From: Lama guanicoe
Taxonomy: Eukaryota
Assembly: GCA_013239625.1 (NCBI GenBank)
Contig: MU057348.1
Coordinates: forward strand, 10,083,825-10,147,824
Direction: 5' to 3'
DNA length: 64,000 nt
Translations under genes and position numbers: made by a program
Notes under the pieces: model-generated
Seen by the model: the letters and a program-made list of their open reading frames with translations, nothing else
Told to the model about the DNA's origin: nothing
The model's database searches: none
Part shown: piece by piece, positions 12,031 through 25,514 of the stretch
Numbering within the stretch: position 1 is the stretch's first letter
How the letters are laid out: the number at the start of each line of letters is the position of its first letter

Positions 12031-14324
12031 CATAGTAGTGCCTAGAGATCATTAGGAGACCAGCCCGTGTCTCCAGCCCCCTTGCTGACCCATGTTCACC
12101 CGTCCTCACCAAGACTGCCACAGAGGAGACCGCTGCCCTCTCTCACCGTCATATACTCAGTAAAGGGGCCGTCACACAGCACTTCTGCAGGGAAATCTGT
12201 TAACAGAGCTCTGGTTTTCCTCTTACGAACATTCCTTTAATGAGTGAAGATATTCTTGCAAAATGCTTTGGAATTCTGTGCTTTCCTGGGGCCCTTTCAA
12301 ACTGGACTCAGACCTGGTTTTATAATGAAGATTATTCCCTTTTCCAATGTTGCAAGAAAAAAAAAAAAACCACAAAGTATCACATTTACAAGCGAATAGA
12401 TTCACAGACACTTTTGAACTGAAAGGAACTTTAGAGATCACCTAGTGCAGGAGACAAGAAAACAAGGGGATTATGTGACTTTAATTCGTTCAAACTTATC
12501 CAAGTTATTAAAGGACAAAGTTACTCAATAACATTATCTAGTTTTTGCCCAAAGATCCTGTTCTTTTCAGTATGTACAATTCAAACGAAAGTAGATCTAA
12601 CTTGTTAAATCTCCGTAGAACAGAAAAAGAAATCTTGTTTATTTCTCAGACTCATTGTTTTATTGAAAATTTTCTCCTTGATTTGGTACAATACCTAGTG
12701 GTTTTATAAATAGCTTTTCTTGTGAGAACAAACAGTGACCATTATTATCCCTTCAGCTATGTATTCATTCATTTACTCAAAAGATATTTGTGGAGTCTCT
12801 TTTATGTACTGAGCAGTGAACTGAAAATTGGAAACTTTAAAAATGAATAAGCCCTAGTGTTCTGTAACTGGCCCACATCTGTGGAATCTGTGTGTCTGCT
12901 GGGTCGTTGAAATTCAAGCAACTTCAGAACATGGGTTCAGGCTAGGAATTGATCTTCATCAGTCAACGATTAAATCTGAGTTACAAAGTCAGTGATCAGA
13001 TTCAGAGCAAAGCTGCCCTATATACAACCAATTATCATTAAGTAGGAATGGTTCTGTAAAAACAAACCCTATATACAGTTCTCCCCCTCCTGTCTCTCTT
13101 TCTTTCACTGATTGAGCTCCACAGAAGCCAGGACCAAAAGGGATGGCCTTAGAAATTGTGTAGCACAGCATCATGTTGTTATAACACAATATCCATACAG
13201 ATGCTATCATGTTTCTCTGAGATGCTAATAAGAGGTGAAAAAAAAATTCCAAGGTCAAGCCAATTTGGAAAATTCTGGGTGCAACAACACTAAAGAGGTT
13301 TCCTGTAACTGCACTTCCTCTGCTGAACCTCTAACATGCTGCTATGCATCATGGATCTACGAGGGGGTTAAAGCATTTGACCCAAGTCAAACTAACTCGC
13401 CCGTGGAGCCCTTTGTCAGCAGTGCATTGTCCATGAATATTTCCAAGTCCAAGGTCAATTTAGTAAGTTTTAATAATCCACTATCCATTAGATATTGCTT
13501 TTTTTAATTAAAAAAATCCTTTTTATAGTTTAAGCCTATCTATCTTTTTATATCAGATACTATTTCATATTATAGTTCAATACTATTTTTATACTGAGAA
13601 AAATGACTCAGAATCATCTATGTATGAATTTTGTCTGTACTTGAAAATCATTATTAAAGCACCCCTCAGCACGCGTGCTACCAGATGCTGATCCGGAACC
13701 CATGACACATCTCTCATCCATCCCAGAACGCTCTCCATGTGGGTCTGGAAGATGTTCGGAAATCTTTCTCAACGCCACGGTTCAGGCAGCAGTTTCCACT
13801 CCATGAAATCTGACCTGCTAGATTGAAGTGATCTTGTCTTCATTGTTAGCAATAGCCACGCTTACAATGTACCTACTACGTCCCAGGCATTTTGCAAGAC
13901 CTTGTACTTAGACTCTCTCATATTATCTCCATTTTAACTGCTGTCACACTCGCCAACATCTCTCACCCAGACTATTTCAATCACCTCCTAACCAATCATA
14001 CTGCTTCCCTCTGCACTAAGAGGACAATCTGAAACATTTCCATGGTCTACAAGACCTACAGGATTTGGACCTGCCTACCTCCCCAGTTTCTACTTCTATC
14101 AGTCTCCATCCACAGCTGGACTGGCAGGCTTGGAAGCTCAGCTTTCTTAGTCTACTACCAGGGGATGAAGCCCTAGGGAATGGAGTCATACTGATCAGCT
14201 CACAAGAGATGAATGCGTGAAACACAGTGCTAATTTATTAACTTACAGTGAGAAGTGGAGCAATCAACCAACGAGATGTTTGTGTTGGCTTGTTTGCGAC
14301 CTTTTTCTGGAGGCTATAAAGAAC

Positions 14325-14580
14325 AGTCATTGAGAGCTTGTGGGCTGGAATCAGACTGCCTGAGTGTGAATCCTGAGCCTATGCTTACCAACTGGCTGAC
14401 CTCAGGCAAGTAGGTTAGTGTGCCTTTCGGTGTCTACTTGCCCATCAGTAAAACAAGGACGATGATAAAACAAACCTCCCTGGGTTGTTGTGGTGAGGAT
14501 TAAATGAGAAGATATACCTGTTACATACTGCTTAGAACAGAATTTGGTGCATAGTAACACAATGAATATTAGCTACTGTT
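14325..14580 (+). mobile_element. MIR SINE, near full length
   Basis: ctggaatcagactgcctgagtgtgaatcctg...gggttgttgtggtgaggattaaatgag...gcttagaacag. Confidence 0.85.
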
Positions 14581-14875
14581 CCTAGAGTAGAGATGTACTT
14601 AAACTAAGTTAATATTAGAGCAAAAGGAATTAAATAGTATTAAATAGATTTTTTCCAAGTTGTGTTAACCTCATAAATTACTATTTATGTATTCATCCAT
14701 TTAATAGTTATTGATAGCCAAATAATTTCCAACACTACCAGATTCACTTGTTAGCCCCACATGCTATAAATGTAAATGAATTCATGGATAAATACTGAAA
14801 TACAAATTCACAAGTCAATCTTAAGTTTTTGTGCTTATCCGATTCTGTCACTTCTCCTACTCCATTCCCTGGCGA

Positions 14876-15140
14876 GGTTACCAGGGGAAGAAGAGGGTGG
14901 GAAGGGATAAACTGGGAGTTCAAGATTTGCAGATACTAACTACTATATATAAAATAAATAAACAACAAGTTTATACTATATAGCACAGGGAACTATATTC
15001 AATATCTTGTAGTAACCTATAATGAAAAAGACTATAAAAAAGAATATATATGTGTGTGTAAATGAACCACTATGCTGTACACCAGAAACTGACACAACAT
15101 TGTAAACTGAGTATACTTCAATTAAAACAAATTTTTTTAA
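14876..15140 (+). mobile_element. 5'-truncated camelid/cetartiodactyl L1 3'UTR
   Basis: ggttaccagggg...gggataaactgggagtt...tagcacagggaactatattcaatatcttgtagtaacctataatg...gtaaactgagtatacttcaattaaaa. Confidence 0.9.
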
Positions 15141-15536
15141 TCAATTGACATAAATTTCATCACTTAAAGGTCTTGCCTGCTCCTCCATCTCGTCTCTCCC
15201 CCTCCTCCATGTGCCTTTTGTCTACACACTCAATGTCTCTTTTCCTCAAGTGTCCCCTATAGAGTTCCCTTGAGCTGTTTCATGTGCTTGGAATTTCTCA
15301 TTCCCAACTCTTGTCCTGGCTCATATCTGCTTGGCCTCAGCAAAGCCTTCCTGACCCCCAGACTAAGTTAGATCTCTTCATTCTGCTTACCTTAATTTTA
15401 GTTAACTGACCAAAGTTCACTGCTTTCCTTTCCAGTAAAATCGTTGAGGACAAGGACCCTTCATTTTGGTCACTGCTGAATCCCCAGTACCCTGCACACA
15501 GGTAGGTATTCAATCAATAGGTATTGAATGAATGAA
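15141..15536 (+). mobile_element. L2 3' fragment; its first 155 bp are the donor of the duplicate at 16654-16808
   Basis: gctgtttcatgtgcttggaat...aagccttcctgacccc...ggtattgaatgaatgaat. Confidence 0.75.
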
Positions 15537-15914
15537 TTTAATCTTCTCAACAACCTATATTTCCTGCAATGGAAAAGTCAAAGCTTCAAACTGCCAAGTG
15601 AAGCCCTCAAGTCACACAGTCATATTCGGTAGAGCAAGGTTCAAACTCTGGTCTCTCTGACTCCTACCCAAGCCCCTTCCTACCCTGCACAGCTGCCACT
15701 TGATTTCTGCAAGCTACATGCCTATCTACACACATCGTTCTCCGTAGCTACAACAACACTCTACTTCGCATCCTCACTGTCGCAGTGAGCTCTGTGCTTT
15801 CTCTTTCATTCTTGAACCAATCCAAACCTTCCCTATCATATTTATATGACTTGTCTACTGCTCTCGCTATAATGTGCTAATTTCATCTTACTAATAAGAT
15901 TTCTTTTCTCTCCT

Positions 15915-16430
15915 ACTACCCTGCAATTCCACTTCACTCCACAACAGAAATGCATACATGTGCTCACCAAAAGGCATGCGCTGGGCTCTTCATAGCAACA
16001 CGACTTGTAATAACCCCAAACTGGAAACAATCCAAATGTCCATCCAAGTAGAATACACCAACTCTTTTATATTCACACGATGGAAGATTATATAACAATG
16101 AGAATGAATGGTCTATGACTTTACATGACAATATGGATGAATCTCACAAACGTCATGTTTAGGGAAAGGAGTCGCGTGCACACTATGTGACTCTATTTAT
16201 AAAAGGTTAAAAATTGGCAAACTAATTTATGGTATTAAAAGTCAGAATAGTGGCTACTTAAGGAAGAGTAGTTATTGGAGGAGATGGTGACGGTTTTCGG
16301 GGCACTGCTAATGTTCTGTTTCTTGGTATCTGGGTGCTAGTTAGGTGTCGGAGTTTTGCTGGTGAAAATATACCAATATGTGCATTGATGGCATGAACAC
16401 TGTTTTTGATGTATATTATCCTTCAATAAT
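15915..16430 (+). mobile_element. L1ME-type 3' end
   Basis: aaccccaaactggaaacaatccaaatgtccat...atggatgaatctcacaaac...gtcagaatagtggctac...tatattatccttcaataa. Confidence 0.85.
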
Positions 16431-16514
16431 AGATTTTATGAAACAACTTCATACTTGCTTGTTTCTGATTACTTCAATCCACAGAGACCAGTTTGAAATC
16501 TAATGCTACATACA

Positions 16515-16829
16515 GTCTGGTGTGGGGCCACTATTGGCCCAGATGGGCGCTTCCTATGCATAAAAAGCCCATTTTGAATTGTTTGAAGTCTCAACTGGAA
16601 CAAACAGCCCCCCAGTGGTGACAATCAAAAACGTCTCCATTTATTGGCAAATGTCAATTGATGTAAATTTCATCACTTAAAGGTCCTGCCTGCCCCTCCT
16701 TCTCGTCTCTCCCCCTCCTCCATGTGCCTTCTGTCTACACACTCACTGTCTCTTTTCCTCAAGTGCCCCCTATAGAGTTCCCTCGGTCTGTTTCATATGC
16801 CTGGAATTGACCCCAATTGAAAACCACTG
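16515..16829 (-). mobile_element. MER20 (hAT-Charlie) interrupted by a 155 bp locally templated insertion
   Basis: ccccagtggtgacaatcaaaaacgtctcca..attggcaaatgtc [insert] gaccccaattgaaaaccactg equals the reverse MER20 5' end split in two. Confidence 0.8.
16654..16808 (+). repeat. Direct duplicate of 15141-15295
   Basis: Hand alignment gives 13 mismatches in 155 bp (~92%), no indels, offset 1513 bp. Confidence 0.97.
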
Positions 16830-16834
16830 GCCTA

Positions 16835-17322
16835 AAAGGGCTTATTTAGATGACTTCACACCTTCATCGCTTGTCTGCTTCTTCTCTCCTCTCTGATTCT
16901 GCCCCTCACTTGTGCAGATCCAGCCATCGAGCCTCCTTGCTGTTCTCTGAATACACCAGACACCCTCTCACCTCACTCGGCACCTATCATGTTCTTCCCC
17001 CAGGTATCTGTGTGGCCCACTCCCTGACTTCCTTCAAGGATCGTCCCAAAGGCCACCTTCTCAGTGAGGCTTTCCCTGACCTTCTTATTTAAAATTTGAA
17101 TCCTCCAGACTCCCTGTGTCTCTCCCTTTCTTTGTTTTTCTCTCGAGCACTTATTACCCACCAATCTAGTTTAAAACAAGCTTATTTATTTGATATCTGT
17201 CTCCCTTATGAAGATATAAGCTTCAAAGGGGCAAGACTTTTTTCTTTTTCCCATTCCTGGAACAGTGCCTGGCACAGACTAGATGCTCAATTAAAACTTG
17301 AGGAATAAATGAATGAATAAAA
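16835..17322 (+). mobile_element. L2a-type 3' end
   Basis: gcctccttgctgttctctgaatacacc...caccttctcagtgaggctttccctgacc...aacagtgcctggcacag...aataaatgaatgaat. Confidence 0.88.
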
Positions 17323-20059
17323 TCTATAGCCCAGTTCAGTGTCTGACATGCATATAGCATCCTAGTCACTGTGCTGCTTCTGTCTTCCTGTTCTTGTAAC
17401 CTCCATCCCCTAAGATTATGGTCTGCCCCTCAACTCCAGAGGGCACCGTGACTTTGGTTGACCAGCACTCTTGATCTGGACAGCCTCATTCCTTCCCACT
17501 ATTTCTGGTTGTGCTTAGCCCACCTGCCCGGATGTCCACCTGCTCATTCTTTACCTCCACCTTCTTAGGATAGATTAATTGTCTGGATCGCCACCTTCCT
17601 GCCCCTAGATTCTCCCGATGCTGTGACCCCTGCTACCTTGCCTTCCCCGCACTGGGCCTACACACTGTCCTCAACCTTCTTCTCCCACCAGCGATGCCCC
17701 CACCCACCACCTTTCCAGAAGTGGAGCTGGTCTGCTCTCCAGTTCTAACATGACCTTCCGAAGTCCCCAACTCCACAACTTCCTTCTGTCCAAATCTTGG
17801 AAAAGTCGAGCGATTACATCTCCCTTTTCCCTGTTCATTTACCATGAGACCTGAAATTGTGGCAGGCCTATCTTTCCATGAAAGGCTTGCCTGAGTTTTC
17901 TTGCTTCCACTTGACTGTAACGTGAGCCAGCTCTTGGAGCCATAGAAACCCAACACCGTTCAACAAGCAAACAACTGTAAATGCCAAGAGTCAAGATGCC
18001 TCAAGTGAAGGAGAACTTGAAGTCAAGGTTGGTCCTCATTTCTGTTGCATTAACGTGACATTAGACAGTTTCTTTGGCAGACACCACCATAATGTCAGCA
18101 GGGACTTATCTGGATACAGTAGTTAGTTGCCTGTGATAAGAAAGAATCAAGTAACCAAATGCATAATATTTCTGCCTCAGGTTTGCTTGTTTGCCTGTAG
18201 AGGAGAGGCATTTGGGAGCAAAATCCATATACATCCAAATCACATACCTATTAGAACTGGCAAAGCAACACTCATAAAACTTTTTAAACCTAGAAATAGA
18301 TCTGTGGACACAAGACCAAAGTGCTCACATAAACAAAACAATTGATTGAACCAGAATGCATTTGCCTGTGAGAAAACTGAAGGTCATTTATCAAATTATC
18401 CAAGGAATCCATGATTTGAGCTGACTCTGATGACCTAATCAGATATTGGAGGTTATAAGCATTTCATGAATAGCTCAAGGAATTCAAGGACACTAGTTGA
18501 AAAGATGATTATGATTTGGTTTCTGGACATCTGGCCATGCTATCCAGCCAACCCACCCTCCTCCCTCCTCTCTCTTCCCATTCTGACTTCTAACAGTTTT
18601 CCTACAAGCTACCAAAGGAAGGAGCTGACAGAGATAAGCGCTCCATGCCCTTGAACTTTTCAATGCCTGACTGCTATGCGGGGGTGTGGCGGGGGTATTT
18701 ATCACGCTCACAATGGCCGGTACACTGCAAGGGCAGGACAAGAATCTGGTTTCCTGGCTGGTTCTATGTTTTCTACAATGGTCAGAAAATGATAAATACA
18801 CTTGTTACTGTATCAGCTGTGCAGAGGAGGAAATGTGACGTGAGAAAGGGCAGAGACTGCTCAATCTGCACCATCACACAAGTTACATATGCATTATAAG
18901 CATTGGAGCTATTTCTCTGCAGTCAGACGTTGAAATCTTGAATGCCAAAGTTGCCAACATCTAGATAGAGTTTAACAGTCTTCCTAAATAAACCTTATTA
19001 ACTGTGCTCCCTTTATGCTTTGAGCCTTAACAAATAAAAATTGCTGTTCTGTTTTGATTTTAAAAAAGGAAGCCATATATATTTTTTAAAGTCTCATGTT
19101 TGGAATTTCCCAGATCTCTGGTAAAATGCCCAAATAGCTCAATCTTGGGAGACTTCCCAGTTGTCTCAGAAAGGACTCGACAGTGCTTCAATGAACGGTG
19201 GCATAATGCAAAACGTGTCGATCCTGTGTTGAGTCACTGAAGAGTGACATTTATTGAACACTCCTTGTATACCAGGCATCATGCTAACACAGTATACAAA
19301 CAAAAATACAAGAAGGGGAGCTTAATTATACCAGGGGGGCAAGTAGAGGATGTTTTCTTTAGGTAAAAGGAATCGGGTAACGAGAAACAACAAACAACTC
19401 TACTTATAAACTTCCTTACTTTAGCACTGTCCCAGGATAGTAAATAAGTGAAAATACAAGCTATAAATAGAAAGATACAGCAAAATCCAAAACCTGCTTT
19501 TGTCAAGAGACTTGACGTGGAGCATCTTGGTTGAAACTCACAAGTGAGTCAGTGAAAGTCATAGTAAAGACTGAACTGCTTTTCTCTGTGATATTTTGAG
19601 AACTCTGCAGCAAATGGCTCTGATTTCAGTCTTTAGTAACAGACTTAAAAGGACAAGAGGTTGCCAGCATTTTTCTCTATACACTTTATGCATCTATAGG
19701 AAATCTGGCTTCCATGCAAACTAAACAATTGTGAATTTAAAGCAAGATTCATAGGTATGTAGGTTCAACATATCTAGTGGAAAAATATTATTAACAGGCA
19801 ACCTTGAGGTAGAAAACACAGGTTCCTAGGATGGCAATTAGACCTAACTGCAGCCTGTAACACTGGGTTCCTCTTTGATATTCTCCTAAGAAGGAATAGG
19901 CACGGTTTGCTTAATTCAAACACTTTGGAATAAAATTGCTTGCTTTATTCATCTTAGAAAAAAATCCCCTTTGGGAGAAAGGAAAATCCAGTTCCCTTCC
20001 CCATCAGATTACTGACCCAGAGTAGAAGTGTCATCGGATCTACAGGAGACAGATTGAAT

Positions 20060-20818
20060 TTCCCCTGCCCGGTCCTCACTGCCCTCTTCCTGCTGGGAAT
20101 AGCGGGAACCTTTTCCCTTTTGGAGAACCTTTGTGATTCAGTAGCTGTAACCCATTCCTGTCTCCAGAGATGAGCACATGGCCCAGTGCTGGCCAAATAA
20201 GGTATCTCTGGCCACAATGATTGGGTCAAAGATTGGCCTTGACCAAGCCAGACCAATGAGACCCAGTTTGCGGCTACTAAATTGGTGGCCACCATCTTGC
20301 TTCTAATGAGAGAGCCTGTCTGAGAGGGAAGCTATCGTGGAAGAAAGAAGAGCAGAGAGATAGAAAAAAACCAGATACATGAAGTCATATTTTTAGCCTC
20401 CAAGTGAAGCCCTGATCCCAGACGACTAACATTCTTTACTCTGTCTGCCTCCTTATTCCTTACCTCCAGTCATTCCCTGCCCAGCTTCCAGGACTTCCAC
20501 CTGATCACACCTCACAAAACTTCTTCGGTGCAAATCACCTGTCTAGACCTCCACTTCACCTGTCTCTAGACTCTCCAGGTAGCTTCTTTCTCGTGGGCCT
20601 TCCTCCCATGAGAACCTGCACACCACCCACATCTGCAACACTCCCCACTCGCATCATCTTCCCAAAGGCAGATCTGGTCTTTATCTCTAACATGTCCAAT
20701 CTGCTCAAACTTCATTCTTTCAAAATCATGGACATTTTAGTTTTGTAACTAATAAATTTGTTTTGCTTAAGGTGGTTTGAATTAAGCTTCTGTCACTTGC
20801 AACTGAAAGCCTTTGATT
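20060..20818 (+). mobile_element. MLT1 (J/K-type) MaLR LTR, interrupted at ~20410-20730 by unclassified sequence
   Basis: tctggccacaatgattgggtcaa...ggtggccaccatcttg...taataaatttgttttgcttaag...ctgtcacttgcaactgaaag. Confidence 0.7.
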
Positions 20819-21134
20819 TTCATTTATAACAGAACTTAATTTTCTTAGAGCAGCTTGATTTTTTTGGAAGAGCCAAGGGTCATCTAGAGGCAGGCTTTTT
20901 GAATATTACATATTCAAACACTTTTCGAACATTCAAACATAGCTACCATTTTGTGCATTAAATATTTTGCAGTAAAATACAATGAACTATAATGAATATA
21001 AGCTAAAATGTGATGAAACTAATTATACAAGCATCTAGTAATTCAGAAGAGGAGTCTCCATGGTGCCTCTTTGAATTGAAATGGTATTTATTTATCATAT
21101 AACTGGTAATTAAATGGGTGGCTTTAGAGCAACA

Positions 21135-21320
21135 CACTCAAGGGTGGTGGACAGACCACCCACACTGGTAATATCTTGGGGGGTTGGTTTAAAATTCAGA
21201 TTCCTTGCACCCATTCTAGGCCCACTGAATCAGAATCTCTGGGGACTGGTTCTGACAATGTTCATTTCGGATAGAATTCCAGGTAATTTTCTAGGCATAC
21301 AAGAGATTGAGCATCATTTA
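21135..21320. mobile_element. MER5-type hAT MITE
   Basis: cagattccttgcacccattctaggcccactgaatcagaatctctgggg...ccaggtaattttct. Confidence 0.75.
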
Positions 21321-21477
21321 AGTCCTGTTTCATATACATACTTTTAGTAAACCTTCAAGTGTTACTGTCTGAACCTAAAGAATAATTCTAAGAAGATCTC
21401 ATCATTTGTAAGATTGAATGAGCACACCTGTAAAAGGAGTAAGGCTCAGGTAGTTTATAAATGCTTAGAGGTAGGAT

Positions 21478-21851
21478 GTAATCAGCTCAGGGTAAGTTAG
21501 CTGTAGTAACAAATGACCTGAAATATTAATGGCTTAAGACTTCAAAGGTTTATTCCTTATGCATTTACATATCCATCACAGGACATGCCAGAACTCAGGG
21601 CTACTGGAACAATCTTTCTCTGGGACATAACTGGTCTGGTAGCAGAAGGTGAAAAGAATAGGAGGACTGCAGGCTGGTCTCAAAGTGTCCACTCAGAAGT
21701 GACCCATGTTATTTGCAACCATATTAAACTAACCAAAGCAGGTCACATAACCACTCCTGTGTTCAGTGGAGTTGGGAAGGATAATCCTAGAGAAAAAGGA
21801 TACTAAAGGGAGGAGAAGCAAACATTTTGAACAGAAATATAACCTACCACA
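21478..21851 (-). mobile_element. MLT1-type MaLR LTR
   Basis: Starts tgtaatcagctcagggtaagttagctgtagtaacaaatgacc and ends ataacctaccaca. Confidence 0.8.
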
Positions 21852-22589
21852 TAAGACAACTGATGAAGTAGACCATGTGTTCTCGAAAAAAAAAAGAGGG
21901 AATCTTTGGTCAGATCAGTTTGTGGACTGCTGCATCCTCTAGCAACCTCGGGAGCTACACAATGTAAACCAGCGTATTAAAAGCCTCAGAAGTCCTGCAA
22001 TGGAAAAAAATTAAGATGATTTACCCCATGTCTCCATGCTTTGTTTCCATGGAACCCTTTTCAAACACCATCTCATCACACCTCAGCAATGTGAGGAGGG
22101 TTGGACAAAGATGTCATTTGTGTTGTAGACAGAGTAACATTTTCTCCTTTCTCTACTACAAAGCAAGCATGTGGGATATTCCTGGCAGAATATTGCACAA
22201 TAAATTTTGTGCAGCTTCAAGCTATTCACGTTTAAAAAAAATTCTGGTATTCTACTAAGTCATCAGAAAAAAACCTGGGGAATTCTATGCAAATATCGTT
22301 CATGTTATTCTAAGGAGTTTCAGGCTGTTGAAATTTAATACTGTTACTGGAGAGCACTTAAGAAGTGAATCTAATAAGCTGGTTCTTCCAGGTATGAGGG
22401 TGTTCCAGAAAAGATTTTCCTTTGTCAGTAAAATCATCTTAATGAACCATCAGTTAGTCACACCTTTGGTAGCCTTCTGGGAAGACACTAAATCAAATTG
22501 CTGAGGTATTCAGTTTTACCTCGTAAGTATTGCAAATTCATCCCCTGTCGTCTCCTCCAGCACCTACTTCAGGATCTCATCACTCCTTA

Positions 22590-22910
22590 CCTGTGCTCTT
22601 GTTTCCCTCTGCCCAGAATGCCCTCCTCCAATCAAGAATGTCTTGACTGATGAAAAGTGCCTTTTCATCAGGCATCACCTTCCTCTGAACTCTTTCCAAT
22701 GTCCTCTCTTCACCATCCTCCAACTGGGATCAATCCTTTCCCTGTCTATCTTTTTATCATCATGTTTTATCACATCGCATTGTAATTATTTATGTGTCTG
22801 TTTCCTCTTAATGGAATAAGAGTCTTTTGACAACAGGTATTGTACTGTCTAATTCTTCTCTTAGAGCAGAGTGCATAATAAGGTGCTCAACTAATGTTTG
22901 TTATGTGAAG
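22590..22910 (+). mobile_element. L2 fragment
   Basis: gtttccctctgcccagaatgccct...gcattgtaattatttatgtgtctg...aggtgctcaactaatgtttg. Confidence 0.7.
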
Positions 22911-24135
22911 CTGCTGTTGAACTGAAGGCAAAAATTATGACAACACAAATTGTGTCAAGTGATACAGTACAGATGAAAACATTTTTTCAATCTGGTGTTT
23001 TAATATATGATAATATTTTCATAATTCATGAAGAATGTAGTGTTTTATGTTTTGAGTTAATGTGATTTTTAATTTTTATATATAAGCTTTATGCAAAACT
23101 TTTCAAAAATGAACCAATTCTCATGAGCATTTATTAGCATACTAAGAAAAAAAGTCTTTAAACATACTCTTCCTAGGCTATTGTATGGCTAAAGAAAATT
23201 TAGAAGACGTATGTCTCTTTATTATCCTAGCCACCGAAAACAAAAATGAATTTTTTACTGAGACAGAAAAACTAAGGAAAGAGAATTTAAGTGATATGTG
23301 CCTTAGAAAAACAGTACAACATGCACGTTGGACCAGATCTTCTAATAGAAAAGAAGCCAAGTGCAAATTATATTCATCTAATTAGTTCAAGAATAAAATT
23401 TTCAGTTTTGGTAACTCTAACACATGTTATGTAAGAGATCAAGAGTATAAGAGGGAGAGAGAGAGGGCGAAGGAGGTTGTAATTAAAGTAAATCTTCCCA
23501 GAACCTTGGATTGCACCAGGAACGTGGCCAGAATAAGCAAGGCTACTGACTTCTGCCAGGGTCACGTTTAGAGGTTACTTTATCATAGCTCTTGCTTGAA
23601 AAACATAATTTGAGCAAAGAAGGGATCCCAATGTTCAGTGACCTCCATGTGCTTCCCATTAGGGTCGGAAGAAGAAATGCTGTGGTGTCTTCTGCAAATG
23701 GAATGGAATGGGAATTTCAGATTGCTTTCTGCTTGGCAAGAGATGCCAGCCTGGATATCAGGAAGGCTTAGCTATTTCTAGAGAACAGGGACACAGAGTC
23801 ATACACACTCAGCTAGGAACCACTGTGAATGCTTACTTAGTGGCTTGTCTTCTCGGTAGGAAAGCATCTAGCTCAGTTCAGAATGGCTATCTACCTTAAT
23901 CTAAATGATGTCATGATTTTCAAGGTGAAAATTAAGAGCAAAATATTATTAGTGAGCTCCCTTGCTGGCTGAGCTCAGATTTGGAAGTCCCCTGAAATGG
24001 CCTGTCATATTTTCACTTCTTCACTACTGCCTACCAAGAAAGCATGACTGAACACATAGGTCAGTCAACCCCCTTCCCCACCTCCTATCAGCAACTAGGA
24101 GCAATGATGAAGACCGAGCCAAGTGCAGCATCACT

Positions 24136-24554
24136 GTTAGTTGCTTATCCAATACCCACTTCCCTCTTTGTCCTCACTAAACACTTGTCCAGCTAAATAT
24201 TCTCTTTCCCAGCCAATTAAACACAAGTAGAAGTTTGCCTGGGAATTCTGAGAAAGCCTTTGATTTCCTGTTAAAAGGAAACAGAGGTAACACTCTTTTC
24301 CTGCTTTCAGGGCACATGTGATGTTTGAACTACAGCAAACATCTTGGAACACCTTGGAACATGAGGCTTTAAGGAGGCAGAGCAGAAAGATAGAATGACC
24401 TGGGTCCATCATGGCATCATGAGCTACAAACAATGCCAGTAATCACCTAACTCTGGATTTCTATAACATGTGAAAAAGAGTCCCCTATTTGTTGACGCTA
24501 GTATTGTTTTGGTTTTCTGTTACTTGCAGCCATACACATTCCTAACTGATATAT
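24136..24554 (+). mobile_element. MLT1 (I/J-type) MaLR LTR
   Basis: tgttagttgcttatccaatacccac...ttttctgttacttgcagccatacacattcctaactgatata. Confidence 0.85.
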
Positions 24555-25514
24555 CAAGTCTATTAACAGAAGCTCCACTGGGGATGCTCAGAGAAAAGCC
24601 AGTCTCAGCAGGCTACCAGTAGTGAACGGATAATAGTTTAGGAGAGGTTGAAGCTAGTCAGATGTTTCTTCCCCTTTCCAAATGTCCCTTCATTTCCCCC
24701 CCTCACCTTCACATAAAATTTTAGACCAATCACAGAAGATGGAATTAAAGTTCCCATTTTAAAGCATCAGTCTTGATACATGACATGTCAACATTATCAC
24801 TTCCTTTCTCTGACTCATGAAGTTTCTTTCAATACTAAGATTTATTAGTGTCTATCCTGCTCATGTTGGATTTCAGCAAAGTCTGTAACTTAAGAATCCT
24901 GGTCAGTTGAAAATAAAAGAAGTCTCACACTTGTTTATATTTCTCAATAAAAGAAGATTCAGCTTTATCATATCAAATTTTATATAATCTGGCCTCCATT
25001 ATGAAAATCCTATCTTTAAATTCCAGCTGGAGGTACAGTATTCACCCTTTATTACTCAAGTATAAGACCCAGGTATAAGACTTCCATGTGGATTTCATAA
25101 TTACCTTTGGCAAATTGTGTTTTTATGTGATACTCACTGCAGTCACTTTCCAAGTGCTAACATGTAGGTTTCTATAGGCATAGATCATATTTCTGTTTTA
25201 AAAAAAAACTCTCCAAACTGGTAACATCTGGTTGATGGACTGGGTTATGGATGTTTGCACCTGGAGCATAGCCAGACCCAAGGCCCATGCAAACATACAA
25301 TTACACCATATCCATCACATCAAAGACATTTTCTGTCCTGGCTCCAATTTTGGTTTGGCACATTGTTTCATCTCGTTCTGCTCTAAAACTCTCCAACAGA
25401 AGAATGGGTACCAAAGGGCAGCTTGCTTATCTTCCTTTAACTTTCCTATTTGGAGAAGTGCCCACCAAAGTATTTAGAAATGAAGCAAATCCATCACTTA
25501 AACATTTCTATTAA

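Noticed and set aside
14876-16808. Duplicate at 16654 as an L1 3' transduction
   Set aside because: The copy has no L1 sequence, polyA tail or TSD, and target bases are deleted; this fits repair-templated insertion instead.
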